Source of the DNA: Kudoa neothunni
Taxonomy: Eukaryota; Animalia; Cnidaria
Direction of reading: 5' to 3'
Assembly (NCBI GenBank): GCA_964304625.1
Contig: OZ199839.1
Coordinates: 10,089,201-10,153,200 of the forward strand
Length of the DNA: 64,000 nucleotides
Below are positions 1-13,924 of the stretch, one piece after another. The notes under the pieces are model-generated. The model did no database searches and was not told the origin of the DNA. It saw nothing but the letters and a program-made list of their open reading frames with translations. Positions within the stretch are counted from its first letter, which is position 1; each line of letters begins with the position of its first letter. Made by a program: the position numbers and the translations under genes.

Positions 1-1085
1 TTTTTACGTGTGGATTTGACTAGCAGGCGCCGAAAACAATGAATCATCAGTTGTTGAAAATCCATTTAACCCTTTATTGTTATCACAATGTAGTTGAGTG
101 TTTGAATGGCCCATTGCTAGCTTAGTATGATCTATATCACAGATTTTAAATATAAGAATATATGTACAATAGAAATACCTTGAGCGTAACTTTGATCGGA
201 AAGGTTATTCGTCGTACATGTAGGGGGAAGCTGACTGACTTTATTGATCAGTTGAAGTGGCTTAGTGTCATTTAATATGGATGCTAACTGGCGTACACTT
301 TCATTTAGGCTAACTGGAGGTCGATTGCTTTGGTAATACTCAATCAAATTTCTCATATTATTGGTTGGATTTGCATCCAGAGAAAAAGCAGAATTGTTGG
401 TGGTATTAATGTTTCTTGGGTTACAATTTTGTTGAGAGTACACTAATTGATGCTCTTGTGGAAGTGGACCGTTGTTTTTTGATTCCACTATTGAAGCGGG
501 AAAGAATGCAGGGTAGAGAGATTGGTTACGAATACGGCTGAAATTGTTATCGAATTGAGTTACAGGAATACCAAAGTTGGTTGAGGAGAGTGTGCAAGAC
601 CAGTCTGGGTAAGATGGCACAGAAGTGTTCTGTTGGGATTGGATCTGATAGTGATTGAAATCTAGCTCTGGAAATTGGCTCACTGTTTGGGGAAAAGAAT
701 TTTGGATATGCTCTTGTTGTGGGTAGAGGTTACCGTTATAATTGTAACTATTTGGAAACGTAGCATTGTTGATGACGTGGAGATTGTTTATTTGCCCAAA
801 GTTTGGGTTTGGTGGCAAGAGCTGGTGGTCATATGAGGTGCGGAAATTTGGAGCCAAATTTATCCCGCGAATCGGATAAGCAGTCGTTAGATTATGGGGT
901 ATAACTGTCTGATTGTCATAGATACTTCCAATCATTGGATTCGACTTGTATCCGTTCACGCTAGCATCATTACCAGGTAGATAATACCCATTATTGACTC
1001 CATTGACAGCGGAATTGTTGCCCAGTGTTTGCTGGTTACTTGTGTATGGAACTATATTATTCATTGGTACCGACCGATTCTGCAT
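1..1085 (-). CDS. 5' part of an unidentified gene with a long N/Q/P/S-rich low-complexity N-terminus; continues off the window start
   Basis: A 330-codon ORF is unlikely by chance in DNA this AT-rich. First ATG is at 1085 (MQNRSVPMNN). A GT-AG intron at about 178-118 (CAAG/gtattt...ctag/CA) rejoins an open frame (AMGHSNTQLHCDNNKG...) that stays open to base 1. No recognisable domain in the window. Confidence 0.7.
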
Positions 1086-2363
1086 TTTCGAAGTTTTAAA
1101 TCCTTCACACCTCAAACAAAACAAAATAACCTAATCTAATTGAGGTAATCAGTAAATTTGCCACATTTTGAAAATCCGCCGCTTGTCACCCATTTAGCTC
1201 TCTCCATAATTGGCTGAACAATAAACATAGAAGCAAAACAATGTTCTAGGAGTTACAAAAAGTTGAAAACCAATAAAATTCTGTTGTTAACTTCTTAAAC
1301 CTTCCATCATAACATCCTTATAATGATGATTAGGCACCAAAATTTAATTAATAAATTAATATAGTTATTCCAAACCCAAAAGCATAAGAATAACTAAGAT
1401 GGTGGTTAGACTAACATACGCCTAATCAAAAGAAGTTTTCACCAAATTGCCACTAAATTTTGAGGTGTTGAAAGCCCATATAAGGAGGTTACATCATCGG
1501 ATTAAATTCAAGAGTCCATTTAGGTTTAATCTCTTGTTTTACCACCAAATTAGATCAGCTCGCAAAACAAACTACTAATAATTTAAGTTTAGACCAATAA
1601 TGTAATATACGTGGGTTCCCCTTCGAATTCTCTTCGACTGATTGTAAACTACAATATTTGACTTGTATAGCGAATAAGTGGTTAAAAATATTTTGTTATC
1701 ACCTTATTATTTGCTGGTAATTTCATGAATCTAATATCGTAAGGCAAACAAACTATTGTATATATCCTTGTGTTTAATTGCAGATAGCGCTGTAAAGCAG
1801 GCTTTATAGTAAACATAATTATGTTATTTCCATTTCTTGGAGAAGAGCCATTATAAATAGTAAATAATAAATAATGATCTAATTTTGAGTTTCTGTCAAC
1901 CTGTCAATGAAAATTAATGGAAGTCAACTGGCTCGAATGTGACGCCGGCGGATTCTAATCCAAAAAGTATCTTAGACATCCAACTAACTTGTTTGGATTT
2001 TGGTTCTGTTGGAGATTAATAGCTACAAAATCTTTTACTCTTAAACAATAAATACTTTGATAGATTCTATAATTGCTACGTTTTCATCAAAATCCTTGAT
2101 AACTTTTTATCCATTTAAAAACTTTGTTTGTCCAAGCGGCGTATGTTTAGATTTAATAAGCTTACGTTCGCCAATTTTGAATTTGCGGAGCGTAATAAAT
2201 TAATAAAACTATCAAAAATGAAATTAATAGCAATTATATTCAAAGTGGAACATTATGCGTTTAAACTTCCTCACTTTTGTTTATTGATGTTTATTACACA
2301 ATTGTTAGGGCAAGGCAGCATCAATGATTGTCTCATTAATCTCTTAGTAGACACATCTATCAA

Positions 2364-2364
<1 letters not shown>

Positions 2365-2402
<38 letters not shown>

Positions 2403-2442
2403 TGATGTATCTCTAGGCCATTCGAAAAACATTCTATACGTT

Positions 2443-2472
<30 letters not shown>
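2365..2472. repeat. Two (TA)n microsatellites
   Basis: Perfect TA runs at about 2365-2398 and 2445-2472; similar runs at about 7101-7133, 52353-52381 and 63513-63536. Confidence 0.9.
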
Positions 2473-2477
<5 letters not shown>

Positions 2478-3317
2478 ATGCAATTTTAGACGTTTATTTC
2501 AATAAAAATTAACGTCTATAACTAAACATAGAGCTTTTCGATGCTTCTATGCATGCAAAATATATGTCGATCTGCGCAAAAAGCACAAATTAACATTACA
2601 TAGAATATAATTGTAATTTAATTATAACATCAAGATGTCCTCACTATAGGCAGAACATGGCTAATCTCAGAACAACTTTTTATTACTGAGACTGGAGACA
2701 CGACAAGTATAAAAATCCATAAAAATTGTCACCATTACTGTTTGAGATATTAATTTAATTTCATAAAAAAATTAAAATCCCCTCAAGATTTGCTTTTTTC
2801 TTCAGTTCCCAAGAAATGTGTAACATCATAAGATATTATTGAATTTATATTTTAGTTTATCACAACATATCCATATTATTCATTATTTGAAATAACGTAT
2901 TCTATCGGAGACATCCAATAATATAATATTAATGTTTCAATGAAACAACAATGTGCTTTATATATTATATCCCTATCATCAAATAGTCACGATACAAGAT
3001 AATTTTTAAGGAGAAAATTATATCAGACTTATTATTTTTAAACCTACAATAAACAAAATTAGAGAATTGGCAGTTGTACGTTAATTTATTTCTTTCGATA
3101 AATTTAGAAAATATATAAATTGAACACCGATTTCAACGGATTAAACTATAATAAAGAAAAAAAATCTTTAAGAAATTTTATTATTAAATCAACTTCTTTA
3201 AATCTCAATTTTTTTAGTAACTATGCTACTCAGGAAATCTCTCATCACTTACGAATAAGTCAATACAACATGAATACAATCACATAAGTTATAACTTTTT
3301 GAATTATTAATTCTTGG

Positions 3318-3675
3318 TGTTGAGTAACGTGACCAACCGCACGATATCCGTCAAAAAACCGTAAACGATTTCAAGGGAACCAGAATTATCAGGGGGCCTA
3401 CTCCGATTGCCAATAAGTGAGTAATACGGTTAACCACAAAACGGTACAACTCAAACCTGAGTAAAATTCACACAGAAATACCCAGAGGTGAATGTAAAAC
3501 TGTTCGACAATCGGGTGTAGGGTCCGCCTCACAGATGCGTTATTTGGCCCAGCATTGAATCGGTTTTTGGCACCCTTCACCACATATAACGTTACTTTTT
3601 ACTAACATTAGCATTCTCTTTTTTTGAGTCTTCTTCATATGTTTCTTTTTGCCGCATGCATTCGAGGATACAACA
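3318..3675 (-). mobile_element. Solo LTR of an LTR retrotransposon (358 bp)
   Basis: Termini TGTTG...CAACA, flanked by a perfect 5-bp target duplication CTTGG (3313-3317 and 3676-3680). Homologous to 22799-23072. Strand is arbitrary relative to that copy. Confidence 0.85.
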
Positions 3676-4730
3676 CTTGGCAATTCTATTGGATCATTCA
3701 TATGAGATTTTCTAAAGTGGGAAATAAACATTGTTTGGGCTGTCTAATTTGTAGCGAAAATCGATGAGAGTTTCATACAGAAAAATCGCACAGTTTTGGA
3801 AAAACTTGATTAATAGTTTTTTGACTGAACGATGAATCAGGCAAGCGAAACAAACATTCAAATAATATCCTTATACAGAAAAGGAATATATTTTATGTGA
3901 AAAAATCTCTTGATACTATTGATAAACCATTTTTTCAACTAAGTTTTAATCTTTCCGAGCGATCAATATATCGCTTGGAATAAAAACCTAATTACATCAG
4001 GTTAAAATAATGGTGTCCAACATAAACGTCAGTCTTCTTTAGTTTGATATGTCCTTGAAGTAAACGAAAACGTTAAATGTTGGTTCATTTTTGAATCATA
4101 GGCCCCATCGATTATTAATAAGTATCCAACATTTCATAATATATTGACTAAACACGTCACATTTTTTCCAACAATGTATGTATGTGCTTATCAACAAAAG
4201 TTTTAACATTAGGAAGCGAACGCGCTGTAGGACTATTATATTTTTAGGAAAAACGTCTACGTATTTTGTAAATATCTATTGATTAAATGGTAATTTATCA
4301 CACCCCTAGTTGAAACAAGATAAATATTTATTTTCGTATTTTTATGATCTCTAAATAACAAAAGGAGGCTGGAGAAATGTGTTTCAACCTTTCTTTCACT
4401 GAACAATGCTTCAATAATGCAATATGTTTCTGCACATAGTTTTGTTTTGTAGGTAATTTGAACTTTCTGCATTTGTAAACAAATTCATTTTAAGAAAATT
4501 CCAAATTAGCTCATTCCTCAACATAATTTTCTAAATCAATCTTATTAACGCGCCATTTCTAAATCACCACAAAAAATAAACGTCGAACAACTCAAATAAA
4601 GTAAGAAAGTCATAAAATCATGAAATCGGCGGCTTGAAACGATCGAATTTGATTAAAATGGAAAATTACACGCCATAATAAGTACTCATTATATCTTTTT
4701 TTAGTTATATTTTCTTTAAGTTGTACAGTA

Positions 4731-6304
4731 GGTAATCGAATTTTCGCCGGCCGCGCTCGCAAAAATGGCGTTCAATTATAAATACAAGAATATATAGGGC
4801 AAACTAAAAAAATATTTGTAAACGAAAGTTAACGTGATTATAGAATATGATTCTAATTTATTTTCTAATTATACATCAAGGAAATAGCTTCTAAATAATA
4901 CGTTTCGTAATATTTCTCGTAATTAGGACATACGTCTTTAATTTTTTCCATTTTCAGAACATGATGTTTTTCAGATAAAATAGAATTTGGATTGCACATG
5001 CGATATTGAATATCTTGTTCGGTATTACTATGGGCTTCTTTTAACACCTCCACAAATGTTTGCAATCTAGCATGGTCCTGATCGAATCGATTACGAGCAT
5101 GACAGTTGAATGCTTCTGCAGGATTGGAGGTAAGGTTTATTCCCTAAATAACACGATCGAAAGAATTCCAATTTTTTATTGAAAATCTTTGACAATTTAT
5201 AAAATTGTTTTCGAAATAAGTTATAAACGATGCTGAATAGACACCAACAAACTTGTTTCTTTTATTTTTCAATTTGATAAACTAGTAGCGAACGAAATCT
5301 ATTGGAACAAAGACTAGAGACAAGTGATATACATTTTGAAATCAGCGTTTTTTCACATACTTTAGAAAATCCTACTTGTTATTGTACTCGTCTCCAGACG
5401 CATTGTCCAAAATGGAAAAGGCAGAATTTTACGGATGTATTATTTGATGTCTTTTTAAAAGCATTGAATACTTGAATTTCAAAGTCTATGATCAAAAATT
5501 TGGGAAACTTCACTTTCTTATCTTTGAGAATAGACAAAACTTTGGTAAACATTGTACATTGCGTCGGTACTATTTGCCATTAATACATAGATGAGTGGAA
5601 AATCCTTTCTTCATATCCTCCCATGAATCATGCATAATTGTGAGAACACTCTTGGCATCGCTTTGAACGTCCCGTCCGATATCCAAACTTCTGAATTATT
5701 CAAATTTACAAGGTTTTGAGGAGTGGAAAAATGATGACACGTTCAGCATCCTTGAAACCAGAATCGTATAGCACTAAATCTTCATTTCTGAATGATTTGA
5801 TATTAAGTCGATTAAATTGGACTCGTAGTTCGCATCAATGGAGTTCCTTTTTCTAGAATGTTGAATATTTTTATAGATTGAATTCATTGAAATTATCGGG
5901 AGATCATGAAGAGTGATAGACTTTGTAGCCATAGAATAAACTTTATTAGTTAGATATTTTGTACTTTCAGTCAAATCCTTGATTTTTTTATTAAGAGTAA
6001 TTTTTTTGTTTCATTATCTGATAGAGAGTAATTATGGGTTCCTTTTTATTCAATTTGCAAGGAAATATCCAATGGTGAAGTTCTAAGCCTTCTTTTACAT
6101 GTTCTGTATTGACATCTCCAATGGTGATTGTTACTATTAGAACAATCCTTCACATAACAAAATCTATTGAGCATGATTTTTGCCTCATTTGTTATGGTTT
6201 CAAATAGCAAATAATTTTGTTGATTAGGGTTAGATCCACGATATACGTTGAGTTTTTGTTAGTGCGCACACACGCGCAGCGGTGCCGGACAAATTTCGCC
6301 ATCC
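4731..6304 (-). mobile_element. Decayed MULE (Mutator-like) DNA transposon with FLYWCH and MULE transposase remnants
   Basis: Minus-strand fragments broken by stops and frameshifts: HWRCQYRTCKRRLRT (FLYWCH-like), WISDGTFKAMP, IDFE, CLFHFGQCVWR, PAEAFN. Imperfect GC-rich terminal inverted repeats (GGTAATCGAATTTTCGCCGGC / GGATGGCGAAATTTGTCCGGC); no clear TSD. Confidence 0.8.
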
Positions 6305-7097
6305 ATGCCGGGACCATCAAAAAAGTGCGAAAAATCGGTCACCACTATTCTTTCGCATTTTTTAAAGCGCGACATAGGAGAAAAATTTAATTTAGCCCTA
6401 TAAATTTATACAACGATATTATTCTACCTTCGTTTTATTTAAATTATATTATTAAATAATATATTACATTCACTTTACAGTATAATTAGGGGCCCTTCCT
6501 TATGAACTAATCTAATCTATAGAATGTGTGACATTTCTTTAAGAAAAAAAGAATTCCCGTCAATACGTTTACGCTAATTATTATTAATATGACTAGATCT
6601 ATTAAAATTATTATAATTCTCGTATTTCTTTTGACGTAGAACACCTTCAGCAAATACGGGAAATAACACGATAAGGTGGTAGCCAGTAAATGTTTGTAAA
6701 TGGGAGTTGTATTTATGCGGAAGTTGGAATTATCGTAAAGCAATATGTACGTTTATCAAAGGTATCGAAATTTGATTATTAAAAAAGAGTTTTAAGGAGA
6801 ATAATACGAAAAATATGCATACATTATACAAATTTGCCGCCCAACTAAACTAAAATTATTTTTATCGCATGCTCATCAGAGCAAATATAGGCGAAAAAAT
6901 GTGCGAATAATCGCTAATCCTTTTTTCGTCAAAAAAACAGATACGAATGTTTCACTGATTTAAAATTTCACAAATATTATAACAAAAGGGAGCTACACTG
7001 ACTAATCACTCCTTGAAAATTATAAAATTTTTAAAACGTTCATTGGGAAATTTCCAAAAGTGCAGAAAATCGGTTAACTACTGTAACATATACCAGA

Positions 7098-7138
<41 letters not shown>

Positions 7139-7523
7139 TATAAAATAAAACAATTTTTTAACATAAATACATTAATTAAAATTTCTAAATATATACGATT
7201 ACCGAATCTCGAAATTATTTCGCCACAATACTAACCGAAATATTCAATGGCTAGATGATGATCATGAAATCTAAATATTTTACAGATTTATATGGAAAAT
7301 AAATTTTTTCGCATTAAATTTATTCCGATAATAATATTAAACACTATAAATTACTTGTGTGATAAAGAAAGGCTTAGAATGGGGAAAATAAATAGCACCA
7401 CGATTGTTATGAATGTACGCAAAACAAGCCCACCATGAACCAATAATGAAAACTTAGAAAAATTAAAAAGAATCGTTTAATTTGACCACCATCATCAATC
7501 TATATGCAAAGAAGATCGCACCA

Positions 7524-10500
7524 TCAACTGCTGTAACGTTCGATAAAATCGTATTTATTGATAACATCTATCGTACAAGGAATGCTTGATAGCACTCCAG
7601 AAAGGTGAAGATTTTTTGAGCGTTTCTCCACATCGAAAACAACCATTGAGAAATTGTCCTCGCATTCGGCGATAATATGCATAAGTTCATCACGGCGACG
7701 ATGCAACACAAACACTCCATTCACCTCAATGATCCACATGCCGACGCTAATGTAGTTGCCATTGGATATAGAACAATTGGGTTCAATGCGATTGATGTAG
7801 TTGGGTTTGAGGGCGCCGTTATAATAATATCCACCGTTGACAGAAAATCCAATTGAGTTTTCTCCTTTGTGGATGTGCACTTTGAGGAAAAATTCAGCGG
7901 GCGGATCATTTCTTAAGGTTATCGATCTGATACCATGTCTATTTTTGAAGAAGAACTGAGACAACGCAATACTCTCCTTGAGTTCCTCATTGAGGGGAGC
8001 ATTGTTGATCTAATATTTTAATTCAAATAACATATATTATAAACCAAATTAAAAATATCATATGTGTAATATGTGATAAGTTGATATTGGTATTGAATTG
8101 GAAAATTACCTCAATCAATCTATCTCCTTCGAAAATATTTGAAGAAGCTCGAATAAGATCCATGTCCACCTACCACAATAAAGCAGAATTCTTAATAGCT
8201 ACAAAGAGCAAATGTAATCAATAAATCTCACAAATGATATCAAAATCGGCGACTGATCGTTTCCAAAGGGTAGAAAATGCTCTGTGACACCACCTTCAAA
8301 GTAGATCGGTAGTGCTCCGAAATCAGTCATCTCCATCGATTGTATATAAACAACACGAGTTTCAAAATCGATAGCTTTTTTATTTTCTATTATGGTGCTG
8401 TTTTCTTGGATGCGATATTTTTCGAGGCTCACCTCAAGAATCACGTCGGATTCTATTGAATTTCGTATCATAGATTTTATTTTATCCACGGAAAATTTAT
8501 TGCTGGGAATCGAGTTGATCTAATACAGCAAATAAAACATTAATTATCAAGTTGTATGAGTTCCACTTTGCTGATGATATCTCCGCGTTGAATATTAGGG
8601 TAGGTAGGATTGACAAAGTCCACAAATGTTAGCTGATTCACAGAATCTCTGGCAATCACCAAGTCATTATCTTTTCTCAGCGATAGTTGAACAGTAGTTA
8701 ATTTTTCATAGTCAGTCTACATTGGAATAGCATATAGTCTTTTAATTGGGATATATTTAAAATTACGTTTGATATGGAATCACCACGGGAATTAGAATTT
8801 TTCGAACTACCTTTGCTCCTACTTGCCTCGATTTTGAATTGGGGTAATAATGTATAATCTTGAGTGACACTCATAAATTCGTCTACTTGAGGTTCTGGTT
8901 CAACAGCTGTTCCCTCCTCTTCCTATATTCAAAGCGGTATATTCACATATACCCAGGTTTGTATGTGTCGTATTGAAATACTTTCGAGGAGCGACTAGAC
9001 GATATAGACATATAATTGTAGGCTGAGGAAAGTGATTCTATAGTTTCTGTTTCTGAAACCTCTGAAAATACGTTGCTTTCAACTGTATTTTCATCATCGT
9101 TAATATCTAAAAGAGAATAATTACACTTGTTCGATGCAAGTAAGTTCTAACACACAGGAAATATCTTCAGTTCCGGACAATCTTGTCGATCCGACTTTAT
9201 CGGGTATACTGAGTCTGGCTGAATTATTAGAAGTGGAATTGTTTTTAGTTGTGATAGTTGTTGATGATTTTCCACTAGTCACATCATCAGTCATATCATT
9301 GGCTGCTCCACTTGTGGAAGAGGAACTTTTTCTTGATGTTAGGTAGGATTTTCGAACTTGAACTCTTGAAATTGATTGTGGCAACAAATAACAAGTGATT
9401 ATATTCCCTTCGGTGGGATGGGCGGTGTATTGCAACGAAATGGTAGGTTTTATCTAAATTAATTCATAATTATCGATTGTTGGTTGGCTGACGGTGGTTA
9501 CTTGGCCTGGACAGAGCCATAATGCTTTCAAATTTAACTGACTAATACTGAATGGTAGATACTCCAATCTAATGATTACAATTCCGATTAATACAGTATA
9601 ATGTCAGCTGTGATATACCTATTGTTACTCACGTCTATAATTGACAACATTTTCATACTACCAATGTTTCTTGGTAACAGTCTAAGCATGTTGGTATTTA
9701 ATGATAGAATTTTCAATCGTTTACATTTACAAATCTAGTAATAATTCCATAAAAAATAAGCACATCCAATTTACGCTATCTGGAAGAGATTTAATTTGAT
9801 TGTTGTCAATATATAACACAGATAGGGATGAAAGAACACCAATTTCATCTGGTAGAACCTAAATATTGATTGTAGTTAATTAGATTATTTCATCTTAAAT
9901 GAGTAACTTACGGTTAATGCATTGTTCTTCAAATAAAGATCTTCCAAACTATTCAATCTAAAATAGACACATTTAATGTATACATTATACATTTATAGGG
10001 AAAAAATTTATCGAATAATAAATAATTTATTAAATTCATTAAGATAAATATCTTTTAATAGTAACAAATAGTGAAAATATTAAATGGCATTAATTATATA
10101 TATTTCATTAAAATATATAATTTTATATTTTTTTCAAATTTAATTTGTTGCATATTATGTATAAGTAATAATTCATTAATTATCTTATTTTTTTCATCGA
10201 ATTTTATTTATTTAATATTACATATTATTAAAATAATAAATTCCTTATTTCTTATTGAATTTTATTGAATTTATAAAAAATAATAAACTTTTATCACTTT
10301 TTTAAATAGAATGTGAGTCATTTGATAATCGCATAAAAATATTATTCTCTAGATAACAATACAACAAAAACATTTATTCGAACGCTTACATCATATATTT
10401 TGAATATTTAAATTATTAATGTAAATATAAATTACATAAATCTTAATAATTTGAAATGTATATTTTGGTCATAATTATTACTGTATGTTACTCGAACGTT

Positions 10501-12254
10501 TATATGACAAATGCAATCATAATACTTATTATTAATTATTTAATTTAATAAATCAATTTAATTGGATTAATTAAATTAAATTAATTAAAGGAAAATATAG
10601 TTTTTATGCATAAATGAGTTATTGAAAATATTATATTGCAAAAAAAAATAATTTAATCGATGTTATACAATATATTATCAGTATAATCACATTTTAATTT
10701 CTTTAATTATGTAATTTAATATAATCAAAAAAAAATACAATGTATCATACTTTTTAATTAACTGATTAATTGATCCGTTAAATTATAATTTTTGGACTCT
10801 GAAAATTAATTTAGACAACCCAAGTTTAAAGATTCATTGTTATATTTATAAAACGATCAATACTCAAATTATTATTCTATTCATAAAATATATAAAAATA
10901 CTAAATGATATTCAATAAAATGAAACAATTGTATTGAAAAGTAATTACTGGCATATGGAATCTGGTAATTTATCAAGCATATTATCTTCTAAGCGAAGTA
11001 TTTTAAGTGCCTTGAGGTTTCCTAGGAAACAAATGAAATAGCCATAAATATAGAATTACCTATTGATTCCGGCAAGGAAATTAAATGGTTGTTTGACAAA
11101 ATGAGTTCATTTAAATTTTCAAGACAACCAAACTCATTAGGTAATGAAGAGATGGCGTTACAAGAAAGATCTAATATCTGAAGTTTGGAGCACTCTTTTA
11201 TTTCCTAATAAGATTGATATCAAATGAAATAATGATTGATATTTTATATCGAAACGTAGCAAATATATGCAAATACATTTGGTACACCCATAAGCGAGTT
11301 TGAATCAAGATATAATTCTTCAAGATTGACTAGAAATTGTATAGTTGGAGGCTATAGTAGATTTTATATATATATGTATATATCAGTATATTAGAGCAAA
11401 TACTATATTTGTTATTTCGTTGCACCCTATATCCACCCGTTTCAATTTGGCTAGCATTCCAAGTTCACTAAACGAAATTAGATTCATCTATGTTGAGTGT
11501 GGGAACACAATATTTATTGAAATTGATTTTTACTTTGGTAAAACTGAAACGAAATTGTCTCTCGCTTCAAAAACAACTAAATTTACAAGTCTATGAACTA
11601 TATAAATATGTGAAATTTAAAATATGATGAACTTGGCAATATTTGCAGGAATATCTCCTAACGAAGTGTCATTGAATAACAACGTTTCAAGGTTGTTCAA
11701 TATACAAATACAATCTTTAATGCTACAAGTTTTTAATATAAATCAATAGTTCTCTTCATGTGAGAGAAAATAAAAGCTTACACCAATAGAACGTTACTGC
11801 TTAAATCGAGTTTTTTCAGTTTTGTACATAATGCAATCTCATCGCAAATATTGTTTAATTCTTTCCAATTAAAAATAACCATTAAAAGCTATTTATGTTA
11901 ATGAGAATACCATTTTTAGAAAAATTAGCATCCTCAAGCAGATGCAAATTTGATATCTCTGCTGGTATATACTCGATATTATTTTCTTGGAATGAAATTT
12001 TTCTCAAATTGGTAATATCAAACAGTTGCTATAACAAACAAACAACAGATCACACTACAACCTCTACAGTTGGTTACAGTCGGAATAGTGGAAAAGTTGT
12101 TATTATCAAATATTAGGCCGGTTGTAATTTTATAGTCTTTGCGAGAGAGTTTTGGAAAATCACACAACAGCTGATTTGAGAAATCCAAAACGTGGACAAC
12201 GTCTACAGTTTTCTGTTGTCTCTTTTTCGACCATCCCATACATTTAGCCCACAT
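7524..12254 (-). CDS. SCRIB: Scribble-type LAP protein (LRR array + LAPSD + 3 PDZ), about 20 exons
   Basis: Splicing GT-AG introns gives MWAKCMGW, then tandem LRRs, then LEYLPFSISQLNLKALWLCPGQIKPTISLQ...NIITCYLLPQ (LAP-specific domain). A Ser/Thr linker leads to three PDZ domains. GGVTEHFLPFG followed by LRNDPPAE...IGFSVNGG matches the Scribble PDZ3-PDZ4 tandem. One intron is about 1 kb (9958-10948). Confidence 0.85.
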
Positions 12255-13840
12255 CTCTCAATATCTAATAGTTCATATAGTTAGGTTAGCACCGATGATA
12301 AGCTTTTGTTGGAAAATAATTTTTTACAGTGTAATAATATAAAGGGGGTGTCTTTAGTTCTATTTGGAATAGTAAATAAATCAGAATATCCAACTGCTGC
12401 AACATCACAAACAATATACCCTGTTGCAAGTTGTTTATCGTGATTTGTCAACAACTCAAATTAAAAAATAAGTACACTAGGTTAGCGAACCAATACACGC
12501 AATAGCGAAATTAGACTTAGATCCTTGTTTTCGTAACCTTTCACATTCTATAAGTCGGAATCATTTTATTATGTTATTAGCTGATCAAGTGTGATATTAT
12601 AGATATTAACTTGGTTGATAATTTTTTGACACGCCTTCAAAATTACACACCAATTCAATAAAAGTTTCTATAATGTGAAAATTGTGGTAATTAGCTGTGA
12701 TCTTGTCAGTTTTCACTGAGGGATTTATCCCTTTGTTAATCCGATTAATGTTGTTGTTTAATCGGTAACTTTGTGATACTTCCCTGTTTCTTTTTTAACA
12801 CCGATGATGATGCCGTTAACTTTGATGTGATTCCTTTATAATAATTTGTTCTCATATTATTCCATCCGACAGAATCTAAATTGAGTGTATTTACACACTA
12901 GTAGTTGAATCCCTAATTTTGTTCAAAGTAACCATCCGAATTATTAATAATTGTATTCTTTGATCTAGTTATAAATATAAGAATAATCTTAATTAATCGT
13001 TGATATTTTTAATGCTAATTTTATTCGCATTACACAGATTAGAGAATTGTGTATAAAAAATTGATAAGCTAAAATTAACCAAAACAACTTATTTATTGTC
13101 GTTTTACAAGTATTGACAGTTGTACTTAAATTTTAAATAAACAACTGTGCAATATTATGCATGAGCAACATCATTGTGATCTAGTGAGATGATCATCATG
13201 ATGATGAATGTATCCTATGAAATAATCCCTTGGTGTGAAACTGACTAAATCTGCGTAACCCAAATAATTTGATAGCGAGTTGAATATAACTTTCTTCAAT
13301 TATCAACATATAAATAAGATAATAATTTTAAAAATTTCACTTGGTGTTTAATTTTTTGTTTGGTCACATGACAAATTTATAATTACTTGGTGTCATAATC
13401 CCTCGATTAGATCAACAAACCAGTCGGTTTCGTTTTATTCTTTCATTTTATTTTATTTTTTTATTGCAGATTATTTATATATATATTATTTTCCTTAATA
13501 AAAATAAATTTTATTTATATTGGTACCCTATGGAACTTTTAAAATAATTGAGTTTTTTATCACAGAATATCACAAACACATCGATAGTTTACTAACTTAG
13601 AGATAAAATCGGTGTATAATTTATAGAATTGCTAATAATTTAAAAATAAACACAAAATCTATGTGGATTTAATTAAGTATTATTTAATAATAAATAATAT
13701 TTGATTTCAGGATTACCTAGTTATAACATAAAGTCTAAATACCTTATATTAAATTTACTAGCGACATATGTAGGTCGGCGGCCGTCAAATTATATTATGA
13801 CGAAATGGCAACTTTTAAAATATATGAATCAATTTATGTT

Positions 13841-13924
13841 CAATTTATTTATGTATGTTCAATTTATTTATGTATGTTCAATTTATTTATGTATGTTCAA
13901 TTTATTTATGTATGTTCAATTTAT
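13841..13924. repeat. 19-bp minisatellite (CAATTTATTTATGTATGTT) x4 plus a partial unit
   Basis: Four exact units at 13841-13916, then CAATTTAT. Confidence 0.9.

Noticed and set aside
1400-1547. 12-bp imperfect stem enclosing about 150 nt, a possible ncRNA
   Set aside because: No snRNA, snoRNA, RNase P/MRP or 5S motifs; such a stem can arise by chance.
2128-2505. ORFs with YIYIYI runs (also 2271-2483 and 7013-7234)
   Set aside because: They are translations of (TA)n microsatellites.
3398-3731. Similar short ORFs here and at 22759-23086 suggesting a small gene family
   Set aside because: The similarity comes from the two solo LTR copies, and reading frames are not preserved.
13195-13245. ATGATGA...CTGA resembling C/D snoRNA boxes
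   Set aside because: Spacing of about 45 nt is too short and there is no terminal stem or recognisable guide.
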